Assembly (NCBI GenBank): GCA_016875735.1
Contig: VGOW01000015.1
Span: forward strand, 2,311 to 66,310
Length of the DNA stretch: 64,000 bases
From: Chloroflexota bacterium
GTDB taxonomy: Bacteria; Chloroflexota; Anaerolineae; Anaerolineales; VGOW01
Direction of reading: 5' to 3'
Part shown: in pieces, positions 1 to 9,584 of the stretch
How the letters are laid out: every line of letters starts with the position of its first letter
Position numbering within the stretch: position 1 is the first letter of the stretch
Notes under the pieces: generated by a model
What the model was told of the DNA's origin: nothing
Databases searched by the model: none
What the model saw: the letters and a program-made list of their open reading frames with translations, nothing else
Position numbers and translations under genes: made by a program

Positions 1-2
1 AC

Positions 3-635
3 AAAAAGAAAGCGAAGAGCGATGGCGAGAAAAAGCCGCTGAACATCGGCGGTCTCATCGTCAAACTGCTCGTCGCCCTCATGGTCGCCCTGCTGCTGGC
101 AATGATCGGGCTGGGCGTGTACATCTTCGTCTTCCCCGACGATTGGCCCAAACCGTTCTACGTCTCGATGGGCCCGCCCGCCGCAGAAGCCGCCGGGCAT
201 GCCGAATCCGAACCCACGCCCAAACCCGCCGGGCATGCGGAGGCCGCCCCCGAACTTCCGGCCGCGCTGCCGTTGCCGGGCGAGGGCCTCATGTTCGACA
301 CCGGAACCAAAATCGTCAACTTGGCCGACCCCGGCGGGCGGCGGTATCTCAAAATCAGCATCGTGCTGGAGTACGCGCCTCACGATGCCGCCTTCTACAC
401 ACTCGTAGGTGAGGAACGCACTGCCGAAGTCACCCTCTTCGCCGAAGAGATGAACTCGAAGAAACCCATCATCGACGATCTATTCAACACCCTCCTCTCC
501 AGCAAGACCTACGATGAGATTTACACGGTCGAAGGCAAAGAGCTTCTGCGGATGGACATCGTCGCTCGAGTCAACGCGCTGTTGCCCACCGAGCATCTCA
601 TGTACGTTTACTTCACCGAGTTCGTCGTCCAATAA
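3..635 (+). CDS. fliL: Flagellar basal-body-associated protein FliL (5' end probably outside window)
   Basis: ORF 81..635 stays open in frame back to nt 3 (KKKAKSDGEKKPLNIGGLIVKLLVAL: basic N-terminus plus a single TM, as in FliL). C-terminal part 'KIVNLADPGGRRYLKISIVLEY...LLRMDIVARVN' is FliL-like. Directly precedes fliM/fliN. Confidence 0.8.
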   Translation, partial: KKKAKSDGEKKPLNIGGLIVKLLVALMVALLLAMIGLGVYIFVFPDDWPKPFYVSMGPPAAEAAGHAESEPTPKPAGHAEAAPELPAALPLPGEGLMFDTGTKIVNLADPGGRRYLKISIVLEYAPHDAAFYTLVGEERTAEVTLFAEEMNSKKPIIDDLFNTLLSSKTYDEIYTVEGKELLRMDIVARVNALLPTEHLMYVYFTEFVVQ

Positions 636-638
636 CCT

Positions 639-1664
639 ATGCTCACCCAAGCCGAGATTGACGCCCTGCTCTCGGGGATAATCGAGAGCGAGCAGCAAGA
701 CCCAGACCAGCCGCCCATTGCCGCCGAGCGCCCCGCCGCCGCAACCGACAGCGCCGCTAGCGGCGAGCCGGCGCAGAAACAAGTTCGCCTCTACAACTTC
801 TGGTCGCCCGATCGCTTCTCGAAAGATCAGATGCGCGCGGTCGAACTGGTTCACGAAGAGTTGGCCGAGCGGCTCACCTCGTCGTTGCCCTCCTATTTGC
901 GCGCCGTGTTCCGCCCGCGCCTCATCCACATCGAGCAGGGCCGCTTCGACGACCTCGCCCAAGACATTCCGGCCAACACCCTTTACAACATCCTCGCCTT
1001 CGATCCGCTGCCCGGCCGGGCCCTGCTCATCTTCAGCCCCGAAGTGGCGTGGGTTGTGCTCGAGCGGTTGCTTGGCGGAACGGGGCGCACGCCGCCGCCC
1101 TCCTCCAAGCCCCTCACCGACATCGGCCAAAGCCTCATACGGGGAACGGTGGAATACACGCTCAACGACGTGAAAGCGGCTTGGAGCAAAGTGGTGACGC
1201 TCGAACCCCGATTAGAAGACGCCACCGTGAACAACCTTTGGGTCACCATGCTCATGCGCAATGCGCGCGTGGTGCTCATCGCCTTCGAGCTGCTCATTCA
1301 GGGCGTCACCGGAACGATGAGCATTTACATTCCGCTGTCCATGCTCAAGCCCGTCGCCGGAGCGCTCAACCCCACCGCGTGGATGGCCGGGCACGAGCAT
1401 CTGCGCGGCAACGACGAAGCCCGACAAGCCATCGTCCGCTCGCTGCGCGAAACTCACGTGCCGCTCACCGTCGAGCTCGGCGCAACCTCGCTCACCGTGC
1501 GGCAGCTCACCAAACTCACTCCCGGCGATGTCCTCTGCCTCGATACAACCATTCAACAAAAACTCAACATGAAGGTCGGCACACGGCCTCGCTACCAAGT
1601 GGTGCCGGGCACCCTCGGCACGCGAATGGTTGTCCGCATCGCCGGGAACGCAAACGGATCATAG
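639..1664 (+). CDS. fliM: Flagellar motor switch protein FliM
   Basis: 341 aa. N-terminal 'LTQAEIDALLSG' peptide, 'VRLYNFWSPDRFSKDQMRAVELVHEELAERL' core, and a C-terminal SpoA-like segment 'LTPGDVLCLDT'. Lies between fliL and fliN. Confidence 0.9.
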   Translation: MLTQAEIDALLSGIIESEQQDPDQPPIAAERPAAATDSAASGEPAQKQVRLYNFWSPDRFSKDQMRAVELVHEELAERLTSSLPSYLRAVFRPRLIHIEQGRFDDLAQDIPANTLYNILAFDPLPGRALLIFSPEVAWVVLERLLGGTGRTPPPSSKPLTDIGQSLIRGTVEYTLNDVKAAWSKVVTLEPRLEDATVNNLWVTMLMRNARVVLIAFELLIQGVTGTMSIYIPLSMLKPVAGALNPTAWMAGHEHLRGNDEARQAIVRSLRETHVPLTVELGATSLTVRQLTKLTPGDVLCLDTTIQQKLNMKVGTRPRYQVVPGTLGTRMVVRIAGNANGS

Positions 1665-1672
1665 GAGTCGCG

Positions 1673-2050
1673 ATGACTGAACACAACACCACTGCCACCC
1701 TTCCGGCGATCGCCGGAGAGCGAACCGAAGTGCCCGTTCGGCAGGTTCAATTCTCTGCCATCGACACCTCGCCCGCCGCGCCCTCTGCTTCTGGCGCCAT
1801 GGATATGCTCATGGACGTGTCGCTCCGCGTTTCGGTGGTTTTGGGCCGCGCGCAGATGTTGGTGAAAGACGTGCTGGCTCTGCAACACGGCTCGGTTGTG
1901 GAGCTAGATCATATGGCCGGAGAGCCGGTGGATGTGTTGGTGAACGACCGGCTCATCGCCCGCGGCGAAGTCGTGGTCATCGAAGACAAATTCGGCATCC
2001 GTATCACCGAAATCGTTTCGCCGACGGCCCGGCCCCCGCAGGACGAGTGA
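1673..2050 (+). CDS. fliN: Flagellar motor switch protein FliN
   Basis: ATG at 1673 preceded by AGGAG. 125 aa with SpoA domain 'LQHGSVVELDHMAGEPVDVLVNDRLIARGEVVVIEDKFGIRITEIV'. The longer tracked ORF (1049..) overlaps fliM out of frame and is not used. Confidence 0.9.
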   Translation: MTEHNTTATLPAIAGERTEVPVRQVQFSAIDTSPAAPSASGAMDMLMDVSLRVSVVLGRAQMLVKDVLALQHGSVVELDHMAGEPVDVLVNDRLIARGEVVVIEDKFGIRITEIVSPTARPPQDE

Positions 2051-2508
2051 TGGAAAAACTTCTCGCTGTTCTGCGCGCCGATCCGCGCTGGCGTTGGGCC
2101 GCCGCCGCGTTGGCCGTCGTCGTCGGGCTGGCCGTTCTGCTTCTGCTCGGCGGCGCAACCTCCGACGACTCATTTGCCGCCGCCGCCGTGCAGGCTATGA
2201 CCAAAACAGCCATCGTGCTTGGCCTTCTCTTCCTCACATTGGCCGTGCTCAAACGATGGCAAGTGACGGCGTCACGCGGAAAACAAATGTCGGTGGTCGA
2301 GACGCTTCGCCTCTCGCCCCGCCAGGCGTTACACATCGTGCGCGTCGGCGAACGCACACTCCTCATCGGCGCATCCGACACACAAATCTCACTGCTCACC
2401 GATGTTGAACCGATTGACTCGGCGGAACCGCCTGCGCCGCAAAACGCCTTCGCCGATTTTCTCGCTCAGTGGCAAAACCCTGCCTCTGCGAAAGCAACGA
2501 CGGAATGA
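2047..2508 (+). CDS. fliO: Flagellar biosynthesis protein FliO/FliZ-like
   Basis: 153 aa with one TM helix and 'LRLSPRQALHIVRVGERTLLIGASDTQISLL'. Start (GTG 2047 or ATG 2050) overlaps the fliN stop, and the stop overlaps the fliP ATG. Confidence 0.65.
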   Translation: MMEKLLAVLRADPRWRWAAAALAVVVGLAVLLLLGGATSDDSFAAAAVQAMTKTAIVLGLLFLTLAVLKRWQVTASRGKQMSVVETLRLSPRQALHIVRVGERTLLIGASDTQISLLTDVEPIDSAEPPAPQNAFADFLAQWQNPASAKATTE

Positions 2509-3272
2509 CACCGACACCGAGCCGCCGATCCCTGATCCTCCTCGCCGTGATTCTGATGGCTCTGCCGCTGGCGGCCTGCGCCGGCAACTCCAACCTGAGC
2601 GCTCCGGGGGTCACCGTCACTGTGGGAGATGGCGAAGAACCGGGCCAAGTGAGCGCCGGAGTGCAGCTGCTCATTCTCCTCACCGTGCTCAGCCTCGCCC
2701 CGGCTATCCTCATTTTGGCAACAGCCTTCACCCGCATTGTCATTGTCCTCTCGCTTCTGCGCTCGGCCATCGGCACCCAGCAAGTGCCGCCCGGCCAAGT
2801 GGTGGTGGGCCTCGCGCTGGTGCTAACGTTCTTCGTCATGGCCCCGGTGTGGAACGAAGTGAACGAAACGGCGGTCAAGCCTTTCACCGACGGCGACATT
2901 ACTCAACAACAGGCCCTCGATCGGGGCGTGAAACCGTTTCGCGAGTTCATGCTCCAGCAAACGCGCGAGAAAGATTTGGCCTTGTTCGTGCAGTTGGCGC
3001 ACCTGTCTGCGCCCAGCACAATGGACGACATCCCCACCTCGGTGGTTTTGCCCGCGTTCATCATCAGTGAACTGAAGACCGCCTTCCAAATGGGGTTCGT
3101 CATCTACATTCCGTTTTTGGTGATCGATATGGTGGTGTCGTCGGCGTTATTGAGCATGGGCATGATGATGCTGCCGCCATCCATCGTGTCCATCCCGTTT
3201 AAACTGTTATTGTTCGTCATGGCCGATGGCTGGTATCTCATCGTCCAATCGCTGGTGCTCAGTTTCCATTAG
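2505..3272 (+). CDS. fliP: Flagellar export apparatus protein FliP
   Basis: 'FTRIVIVLSLLRSAIGTQQVPPGQVVVGLALVLTFFVMAPV' and 'VIYIPFLVIDMVVSSALLSMGMMMLPP' are FliP hallmarks. ATG 2505 forms an ATGA overlap with the fliO stop and gives a signal-peptide-like N-terminus. A GTG at 2469 is an alternative start. Confidence 0.9.
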   Translation: MTPTPSRRSLILLAVILMALPLAACAGNSNLSAPGVTVTVGDGEEPGQVSAGVQLLILLTVLSLAPAILILATAFTRIVIVLSLLRSAIGTQQVPPGQVVVGLALVLTFFVMAPVWNEVNETAVKPFTDGDITQQQALDRGVKPFREFMLQQTREKDLALFVQLAHLSAPSTMDDIPTSVVLPAFIISELKTAFQMGFVIYIPFLVIDMVVSSALLSMGMMMLPPSIVSIPFKLLLFVMADGWYLIVQSLVLSFH

Positions 3273-3301
3273 CGGCGGCCCAACCCTCGAGGTGCATCGT
3301 T

Positions 3302-3571
3302 ATGACCGAAGCCTACATTATCACATTAGCGCAAAACTCTCTTCTGCTCGTGGCCGTCGTCGCCGGGCCGGTGTTGTTGTCGGGAATGGCGGTGGGCGTT
3401 TTGGTCAGCCTCCTTCAAGCGGCCACACAAATCACCGAACCCACGTTGACCTTTGTGCCCAAAGTGTTTGCCATCGGCCTCGTGCTCATCCTCTTCGGCT
3501 CGTGGATGGCTCAGCAATTGGTGGCCTTCACGGTGGGCCTGTTCACTTCTCTGCCCACTTTGGTGCGATAG
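3302..3571 (+). CDS. fliQ: Flagellar export apparatus protein FliQ
   Basis: 89 aa, two TM helices, 'LLQAATQITEPTLTFVPK' motif; GAGGTG Shine-Dalgarno upstream. Confidence 0.9.
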   Translation: MTEAYIITLAQNSLLLVAVVAGPVLLSGMAVGVLVSLLQAATQITEPTLTFVPKVFAIGLVLILFGSWMAQQLVAFTVGLFTSLPTLVR

Positions 3572-3572
3572 T

Positions 3573-4454
3573 ATGCCCGCGCCCTCTACTCAGAACGCTC
3601 GTGTGGTCGAAGCGCTGATGAAAGAAGTCAGCCGCTTGCGGCCACTGCCCGCTGCGGCCACTCAAGCCATTCAGATACTCGGCAACCCGCAGGTGGACAT
3701 CAAACATCTGGGCACGGTGCTCTCCGCCGATCAAGTGATCGCCGCGCAGATTCTGCGCCACGCCAACTCGGCTTATTATGGCGGCATCACTCCGTGCACC
3801 ACCGTAGCCGAAGGGATCGTGCGCATTGGCACCAAGCAGCTCAAAAGTGTGCTGTACGGCGTGGCCGCTGGCGGCATGTTGGGCAATCGACTCAGCGGCT
3901 ATCAAATGAAAGACGGTGAACTGTATCGGCACTCGCTCGTTGTGGCTACCGCCGCCCGCCGCTTGGGCATCTTGGTGCGTTATCCCGATCCCGAAGAAGC
4001 CTTCACTGCCGGCCTTTTGCACGACATCGGCAAACTACTGCTCGACCGCCACATGCAGCCCCGCTTTCAGAAAATGGCCGACGAAGTCAAACAGGGCAAA
4101 ACCATCATCCAAGTCGAAGAGACACACATTGGCACTGACCACGCCACCATCGGCGGCCTCATGGCCGAGCGCTGGTCCCTGCCGCGTGTGCTGGTGGACG
4201 CCATCGGTTTTCACCACGCGCCCACCCTCGCCGCCGCCCCGCGCCTTGCCGCCATCGTCGCCTTCGCCAACATCGTCGTGCTTCAGTCGGGAATCGGCCT
4301 CACCCCGTTGGGTGTCCCTCCTCTGCACCCCGAAATCGCCGCATTGCTCAAAATCGTCGAAGACGATATGGGCCGGCTGGCCTACACCCTGCGCCCCGAA
4401 ATCGAAGCCGCCAGCCGTCAGTTTCAAACAAACCTGCGGCCCGTGCCTGCCTAA
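3573..4454 (+). CDS. HDOD-domain signalling protein
   Basis: 293 aa from ATG 3573, 1 nt after the fliQ stop. 'LPAAATQAIQILGNPQVDIKHLGTVLSADQVIAAQILRHANSAYYGG...GLLHDIGKLLLD...IGTDHATIGGLMAERWSLP' matches the HDOD (HD-related output domain) pattern. Confidence 0.75.
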   Translation: MPAPSTQNARVVEALMKEVSRLRPLPAAATQAIQILGNPQVDIKHLGTVLSADQVIAAQILRHANSAYYGGITPCTTVAEGIVRIGTKQLKSVLYGVAAGGMLGNRLSGYQMKDGELYRHSLVVATAARRLGILVRYPDPEEAFTAGLLHDIGKLLLDRHMQPRFQKMADEVKQGKTIIQVEETHIGTDHATIGGLMAERWSLPRVLVDAIGFHHAPTLAAAPRLAAIVAFANIVVLQSGIGLTPLGVPPLHPEIAALLKIVEDDMGRLAYTLRPEIEAASRQFQTNLRPVPA

Positions 4455-4480
4455 AACTTTAGGCATTTCACTTTTCCTTT
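4449..4480 (+). terminator. Weak hairpin plus T-rich tract after the HDOD gene
   Basis: GCCTAAA-ac-TTTAGGC (4449..4464) followed by atttcacttttccttt. The stem is AT-rich, so its strength is uncertain. Confidence 0.3.
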
Positions 4481-4499
4481 AGTTTCCGTTCACGCGCGA

Positions 4500-4532
4500 T
4501 TTACTGACTAAAAAGGTTCGCTACAGTAGACT
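4500..4532 (+). promoter_or_regulatory. Promoter-like element TTTACTGACT-N17-TAGACT upstream of fliR
   Basis: CTGACT (4504..4509), 17-nt spacer, TAGACT (4527..4532), about 20 nt before the fliR ATG. Same architecture as the elements at 32194, 51241 and 52765. Confidence 0.4.
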
Positions 4533-4551
4533 GGCATGTAGGGCTTATCCC

Positions 4552-5316
4552 ATGTCCATTTCTATTGCGCGATTCCAAGACTTTTTTCTCGTTCTCACGC
4601 GGCTGTTGGCGATTCTTTCCGCAGTGCCGGTGCTGGGCGGGCGCGCGATTCCCATGCAAGTCCGGTTGGGACTCGGAGTGCTGGTGGCGATCATCATCTT
4701 CCCGTGGTCGCCCACTCTGCCCGCTGCCGACGATTATCAATCTCTCATTCCGTTTTTGTGGAGCATCGCCCAAGAACTGATCACGGGCATCTTGGCCGGA
4801 ATGGCCGCGCGATTTGCCTTCACCGCGCTCGACGCCGCCGGGCGGCTCATGGCCGAGAGCTCAGGGTTCGCCGCCGGTTCCGTCCTCAATCCGGCTATGG
4901 ACATCCCCGGCACCGCGCTCGATCAGTTTTACACCATGATGGTTGTCCTCATCTTCCTCATGACCAACGGCCACCACCAACTTTTGCGCGGCGTCGCTCT
5001 CTCGTTTGAGGTCGTGCCATTGCGCTCGCTGGCGCTCGATGCCGCCGGACAGGAAAACCTGATCCGAATGTCGGCCAACATGCTGCTCACTGCCACGCAG
5101 ATCGCCATGCCGGTGATGGCCCTTATGTTACTGCTCGATCTCGGTCTCGGACTCATGGCTCGCGCCGCGCCGCAGATGAACGTGTTTTTCGTCGGCGCTC
5201 CGCTCAAAGCCGGGTTGGCCTTCTTTGCCGTCGCGGCAGTTTTGCCCGCGCTCTTCCCAATCATCACCAATCTTTTTTCCCGAATGCCCTACGACGTTAT
5301 CCAACTCATTCGCTGA
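4552..5316 (+). CDS. fliR: Flagellar export apparatus protein FliR
   Basis: 254 aa polytopic membrane protein, 'FFLVLTRLLAILSAVPVLGGRAIPMQVRLGLGVLVA' FliR N-terminal pattern; followed by flhB. Confidence 0.9.
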   Translation: MSISIARFQDFFLVLTRLLAILSAVPVLGGRAIPMQVRLGLGVLVAIIIFPWSPTLPAADDYQSLIPFLWSIAQELITGILAGMAARFAFTALDAAGRLMAESSGFAAGSVLNPAMDIPGTALDQFYTMMVVLIFLMTNGHHQLLRGVALSFEVVPLRSLALDAAGQENLIRMSANMLLTATQIAMPVMALMLLLDLGLGLMARAAPQMNVFFVGAPLKAGLAFFAVAAVLPALFPIITNLFSRMPYDVIQLIR

Positions 5317-5347
5317 ACTCAAACTCAAACTCTAACTCACCCTCACC

Positions 5348-6442
5348 ATGGCCGACGACAAGACCGAAGCCCCAACCCCCCGAAAAATTTCGGAAGCGCG
5401 CGAACAAGGCTCTGTTCCCAAAAGCACCGAGTTGAACACCGCGCTTGGCCTGCTCGCCGCCTTCTGGCTTCTGCGCGGAGCCTTTGGCAACATTGCTCAA
5501 TCGCTCGGCGTCTTCATGCGGCAGATGCTCACCTCACTGCCCACTGGCGACCTTACCGCTGATTCAATCGCCGCCTTCCAGACCGGCGGCGTGTGGAACG
5601 TTTTGCTGGCGGCCATGCCTCTCTACCTCACCATCGGCGCGGTGGGCATCATCACCAGCGTCACCCAAACCGGCGGCCTGTTCACCACCGCCGCCCTCTC
5701 GCCAAAACTCGACCGACTCAATCCGCTCAACGGCCTCAGGCGCATCATCTCGCGGCAAGGGCTGGTTGAGATCGCCAAAGAATCCATCAAAGTGCTCATC
5801 GTCGGCTGGGTGGTGTACTCCACCGTGAGCGACAGCATCCCCCGCTTCCTCTCGATGACCACGTTGGATCTTAACAGCGCCATTGCCCTGTTTACCGACA
5901 TCGCCTTTGGCTTGGGCGCGCGCGCGGCATGGCTCTATCTCGTCTATGCCGCCGCCGACTACGCCTACCAACGCCGGCAGTGGTTCAACGCGCTGAAGAT
6001 GACGAAGCAGGAAGTGATGGAAGAAGTGAAACGGCAGGAGGGCGACCCGCAAATCAAAAGCCGCATCCGCGCCGAAGGGCGCCGAATCGCGCGACAGCGC
6101 ATGATGAACAAAGTGCCGCAGGCTAACGTGGTGCTCATCAACCCCACCCACCTTGCCATCGCCCTCATGTACGACCGCTCGAAAATGGCCGCGCCGAAAG
6201 TGGTGGCCAAAGGCGCAATGCACATTGCCGAACGCATCGTGTCGATTGCTCGCGCGCACGGCGTGCCGGTCATCCAAAACATCCCGCTGGCCCGCGCGCT
6301 CTACTCGGCGGTCGAAGTCGATCAGCAGATCCCGCCCGCGCTGTATCAAGCCGTCGCCGAAGTGTTGGCCTTCGTCTTCAGCCTCAAAACCAAACGGCGC
6401 ACCACCGTCTATCAAATGCCATCCCAGCCCGCCGCCCACTGA
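5348..6442 (+). CDS. flhB: Flagellar export switch protein FlhB
   Basis: 'MADDKTEAPTPRKISEAREQGSVPKS' N-terminus and the autocleavage site 'VVLINPTHLAIAL' (NPTH). Confidence 0.92.
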   Translation: MADDKTEAPTPRKISEAREQGSVPKSTELNTALGLLAAFWLLRGAFGNIAQSLGVFMRQMLTSLPTGDLTADSIAAFQTGGVWNVLLAAMPLYLTIGAVGIITSVTQTGGLFTTAALSPKLDRLNPLNGLRRIISRQGLVEIAKESIKVLIVGWVVYSTVSDSIPRFLSMTTLDLNSAIALFTDIAFGLGARAAWLYLVYAAADYAYQRRQWFNALKMTKQEVMEEVKRQEGDPQIKSRIRAEGRRIARQRMMNKVPQANVVLINPTHLAIALMYDRSKMAAPKVVAKGAMHIAERIVSIARAHGVPVIQNIPLARALYSAVEVDQQIPPALYQAVAEVLAFVFSLKTKRRTTVYQMPSQPAAH

Positions 6443-6472
6443 ATCACCGACTACTGATCACTGACTACTGCC

Positions 6473-8545
6473 ATGACCGTCATCGCCAACGAACAATCAC
6501 CGTTTGCCAGCCTGCGCACCCTCATGCGCTCCAACGACGCCATTCTGGCGCTGGCCGTTCTTCTCATCATCGGCCTCATGATCGTCCCCCTGCCGCCGCT
6601 GGCCGTGGACTTGCTCGTGGCCTTCAACTTCGCGCTCTCGGTGGGCATCATCCTCATCGCCATGTATATCCGCGAGCCGCTCGATTTCTCCGTGTTCCCC
6701 TCGGTGCTGTTGCTGGTCACTCTCTTCCGGCTCGGACTCAACGTGGCGACTTCGCGGTTGATTCTGCTCGAAGCCGAAGGCGGCAAAGTGGTGGACACCT
6801 TCGGCAACTTCCTCGTCGGCGGAAATTATGTGGTGGGCGTAGTCATCTTCCTCACCCTCATGATCATTCAGTTCGTCGTCATCACCAACGGCTCGGGGCG
6901 CGTGGCCGAAGTGTCGGCCCGCTTCACGTTGGACGCCATGCCCGGCAAGCAGCTTTCCATCGACGCCGACCTCAACGCCGGAATGATCACCGAAGTCGAA
7001 GCCCGCCAGCGCCGCAAAGCCATCCAAATCGAAGCCGACTTCTACGGCGCGATGGACGGCGCGAGCAAGTTCGTGCGCGGCGATGCGGTGGCCGCCGTGG
7101 CCATTGTGCTGGTGAACATCGTCGGCGGATTTCTCGTGGGCATGTTCCAGCTCAAACTCACGTTCATCGAAGCCCTGCAAACTTACACACTGCTCACGGT
7201 GGGCGCGGGCATGGTGGTGCAGATTCCGGCTCTGCTCGTCTCCACTGCCACCGGCCTCATCGTCACCCGATCCGAATCCGATGAGTCGTTGGGCGCGGAT
7301 GTGATGGGGCAGTTGGGCAACCCCAGCGCGCTGAGTGTCGTCACCATTCTCATACTCGGCCTCATGCTCGTGCCCGGCCTGCCCAAGATTCCGTTTCTGC
7401 TCATTGGCTCGGCCACCGGATCAGCGGCGTACTTTTTGTGGCGCAAGCAGCAGCAGGCCGCCGCCCTCCCGCCGCCCGAAGCCGCCGCCGCGCCCGCCGA
7501 ATCGCCCGACGATGTGACCGGCCTGCTCGGCGTCGATCCGCTCGAAGTGGAAATCGGCTACGGACTCATTCCGCTCGTCGGCGAAGAAAAAGCCGAAAAC
7601 CTCCTCCGACGGGTCACCGCCATTCGACGGCAAATCGCTGGCGAGCTGGGCGTCGTTCTGCCCAAAGTTCGCATCCGCGACAACCTCACGCTCACGCCGT
7701 ATGCTTATCGAATCAAACTGCGCGGCGAGGAGATCGCGCGCGGCGAATTGATCCCCGATCGTTATCTCGCCATCGGCGCTCCCGACGGCGGCCCCGAAGT
7801 GCAGGGCATCCGCGCTTCCGATCCGGCCTTTGGACTCCCGGCGTTGTGGATCACCGAGTCTCAACGGAACCAAGCCGAGATGGCCGGATACACAGTAGTC
7901 GATCCCATTTCGGTCGTCACCACGCACCTCACCGAGATCATCCGCTCATCGTCTTCCGCGCTATTGGGCCGCCAGCAAGTTCAGGAATTGATCGACCGGG
8001 TTCGCAAAGAGGCGCCCGCCGCTGTTGATGGCTTGATCCCCGATTTGCTCACGCTGGGCGAAGTGCAGGATGTTCTGCGAAACCTTCTGCGCGAGCGCAT
8101 CCCCATTCGCGATCTGCCGACGGTGCTGGAAGTGTTGGCGAACAATGCTCGGCTCACGCGCGACCCCGATGTGTTGTGCGAGGCGGTGCGGCAGAGCATG
8201 GCCCGGACGATCACCAACCTGTACCGCCACGACGATGGCCGCTTGCACGTGATCACTCTCGCGCCGTTGCTTGAGTCGCGGCTCAAGCAATCATTGTCGG
8301 CGTCGGAGCGCGGGCTGGGCTTGCAGATCGATCCGGCGACGGCGCAGCAGTTGTTGAGGAAGACGGGCGAAGAAATGGAAAAGATGGCGGCGCAGGGATA
8401 CCAACCGGCGCTGATGTGCGCGCGCGAAGTGCGTATGGCCTTCCGCCGATTCGCCGAACGGGTTCTGCCGAATTTGGTGGTGATTGCGTTTTCGGAAATT
8501 GCGCCGGGCGTGCAAGTGCAGGCGCACGGCGTGGTGGATGTGTGA
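6473..8545 (+). CDS. flhA: Flagellar export gate protein FlhA
   Basis: 690 aa. 'FPSVLLLVTLFRLGLNVATSRLIL', 'VVGVVIFLTLMIIQFVVITNGSGRVAEVSARFTLDAMPGKQLSIDADL' (FHIPEP family) and a typical cytoplasmic C-domain. Confidence 0.95.
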   Translation: MTVIANEQSPFASLRTLMRSNDAILALAVLLIIGLMIVPLPPLAVDLLVAFNFALSVGIILIAMYIREPLDFSVFPSVLLLVTLFRLGLNVATSRLILLEAEGGKVVDTFGNFLVGGNYVVGVVIFLTLMIIQFVVITNGSGRVAEVSARFTLDAMPGKQLSIDADLNAGMITEVEARQRRKAIQIEADFYGAMDGASKFVRGDAVAAVAIVLVNIVGGFLVGMFQLKLTFIEALQTYTLLTVGAGMVVQIPALLVSTATGLIVTRSESDESLGADVMGQLGNPSALSVVTILILGLMLVPGLPKIPFLLIGSATGSAAYFLWRKQQQAAALPPPEAAAAPAESPDDVTGLLGVDPLEVEIGYGLIPLVGEEKAENLLRRVTAIRRQIAGELGVVLPKVRIRDNLTLTPYAYRIKLRGEEIARGELIPDRYLAIGAPDGGPEVQGIRASDPAFGLPALWITESQRNQAEMAGYTVVDPISVVTTHLTEIIRSSSSALLGRQQVQELIDRVRKEAPAAVDGLIPDLLTLGEVQDVLRNLLRERIPIRDLPTVLEVLANNARLTRDPDVLCEAVRQSMARTITNLYRHDDGRLHVITLAPLLESRLKQSLSASERGLGLQIDPATAQQLLRKTGEEMEKMAAQGYQPALMCAREVRMAFRRFAERVLPNLVVIAFSEIAPGVQVQAHGVVDV

Positions 8546-8552
8546 GGTGGCT

Positions 8553-9572
8553 ATGACCACGCAGGCAAAGACGTTCCGCGCTCCGACAATGCCCGAAGCA
8601 TTGGCCAAAGTTCAGATTGAACTGGGGCCAGAAGCGGTGGTGCTGGGCGTTCGCAAAGTGCTCGACGGCCCGGCCTGGCAAGTGTGGCGCGACCCCGAGT
8701 TCGAGGTGATGGCTCTGCCGGGCGACGAGTCGGCGTCCACCGGCGCGATGGTTTGGGAGCCGAGCACGGCGACGAGCGGATCGGTGATGCCGGAACCGGT
8801 GACTCATTTTTCGGCGCGTTTGATCGAGCAGGGGTTGGATGAGTCATTCGTCAACAAAATTATTGCGAGCGCGGTGGATGGGATGAGTTTGCGCGGACTG
8901 AGCGAACGGCGGATGGTGCGCGATTTTCTGTCGCGGGCGCTGGCTTCGCGGCTGACGGTGGGCGAGTTTTTGCCGCGCAAAGGAGAACAGCGAGTGGTGG
9001 CGCTGGTGGGAATATCCGGCGTGGGCAAGACGAGCGCGGCGGCGAAGTTGGCGGCGTATGCGCGATACAACTTGGGCCGCAGTGTGGCGCTGATCAGTGT
9101 GGACACGTTCCGCGTGGGCGCGTTGACGCAAATCCAAACCTTCGCCGAGATTCTCGATGTGCCGCTTTCGGTGTGCTACACGCCGGGCGAACTCTCGGCG
9201 GCGTTGGCCGCGCACGCCGACAAAGATTTGATCGTGGTGGACACGCCGGGCCGCAACACCCGCCGCGCGCTGGAAATGGTGGAGATCACCACCCTGTTTA
9301 CCCCGTTGCCGCAGTCGCGCCGCACCTATTTTGTCGCCAGCGCAACGTCGAAGACGGCTGACTTGGCGGAGGCAACGACTGCATTCAAAGGGCTGGGGTT
9401 GAACGGCCTGATCTTCACTAAGTTGGACGAGACCGGCGGCGTGGGCAGTCTGTATATGCTGGCGCAGGGCGTAGGGCTGGCGGTGAGTTACTTCTGCTCA
9501 GGGCCGCGCGTGCCCGAAGATATTGAGCCGGCTTCGGCGGAGCGAATGGCGGAACTTTTGTTGGGATGGTGA
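8553..9572 (+). CDS. flhF: SRP-type GTPase FlhF
   Basis: ATG 8553 after GAGGTGG. 'MTTQAKTFRAPTMPEALAKVQIELGPEAVVLGVRKV' FlhF N-domain, P-loop 'GISGVGKTSAAAKLAA', 'DTPGRN' and 'TKLDET'. Confidence 0.85.
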   Translation: MTTQAKTFRAPTMPEALAKVQIELGPEAVVLGVRKVLDGPAWQVWRDPEFEVMALPGDESASTGAMVWEPSTATSGSVMPEPVTHFSARLIEQGLDESFVNKIIASAVDGMSLRGLSERRMVRDFLSRALASRLTVGEFLPRKGEQRVVALVGISGVGKTSAAAKLAAYARYNLGRSVALISVDTFRVGALTQIQTFAEILDVPLSVCYTPGELSAALAAHADKDLIVVDTPGRNTRRALEMVEITTLFTPLPQSRRTYFVASATSKTADLAEATTAFKGLGLNGLIFTKLDETGGVGSLYMLAQGVGLAVSYFCSGPRVPEDIEPASAERMAELLLGW

Positions 9573-9584
9573 GGAGCATACGCA

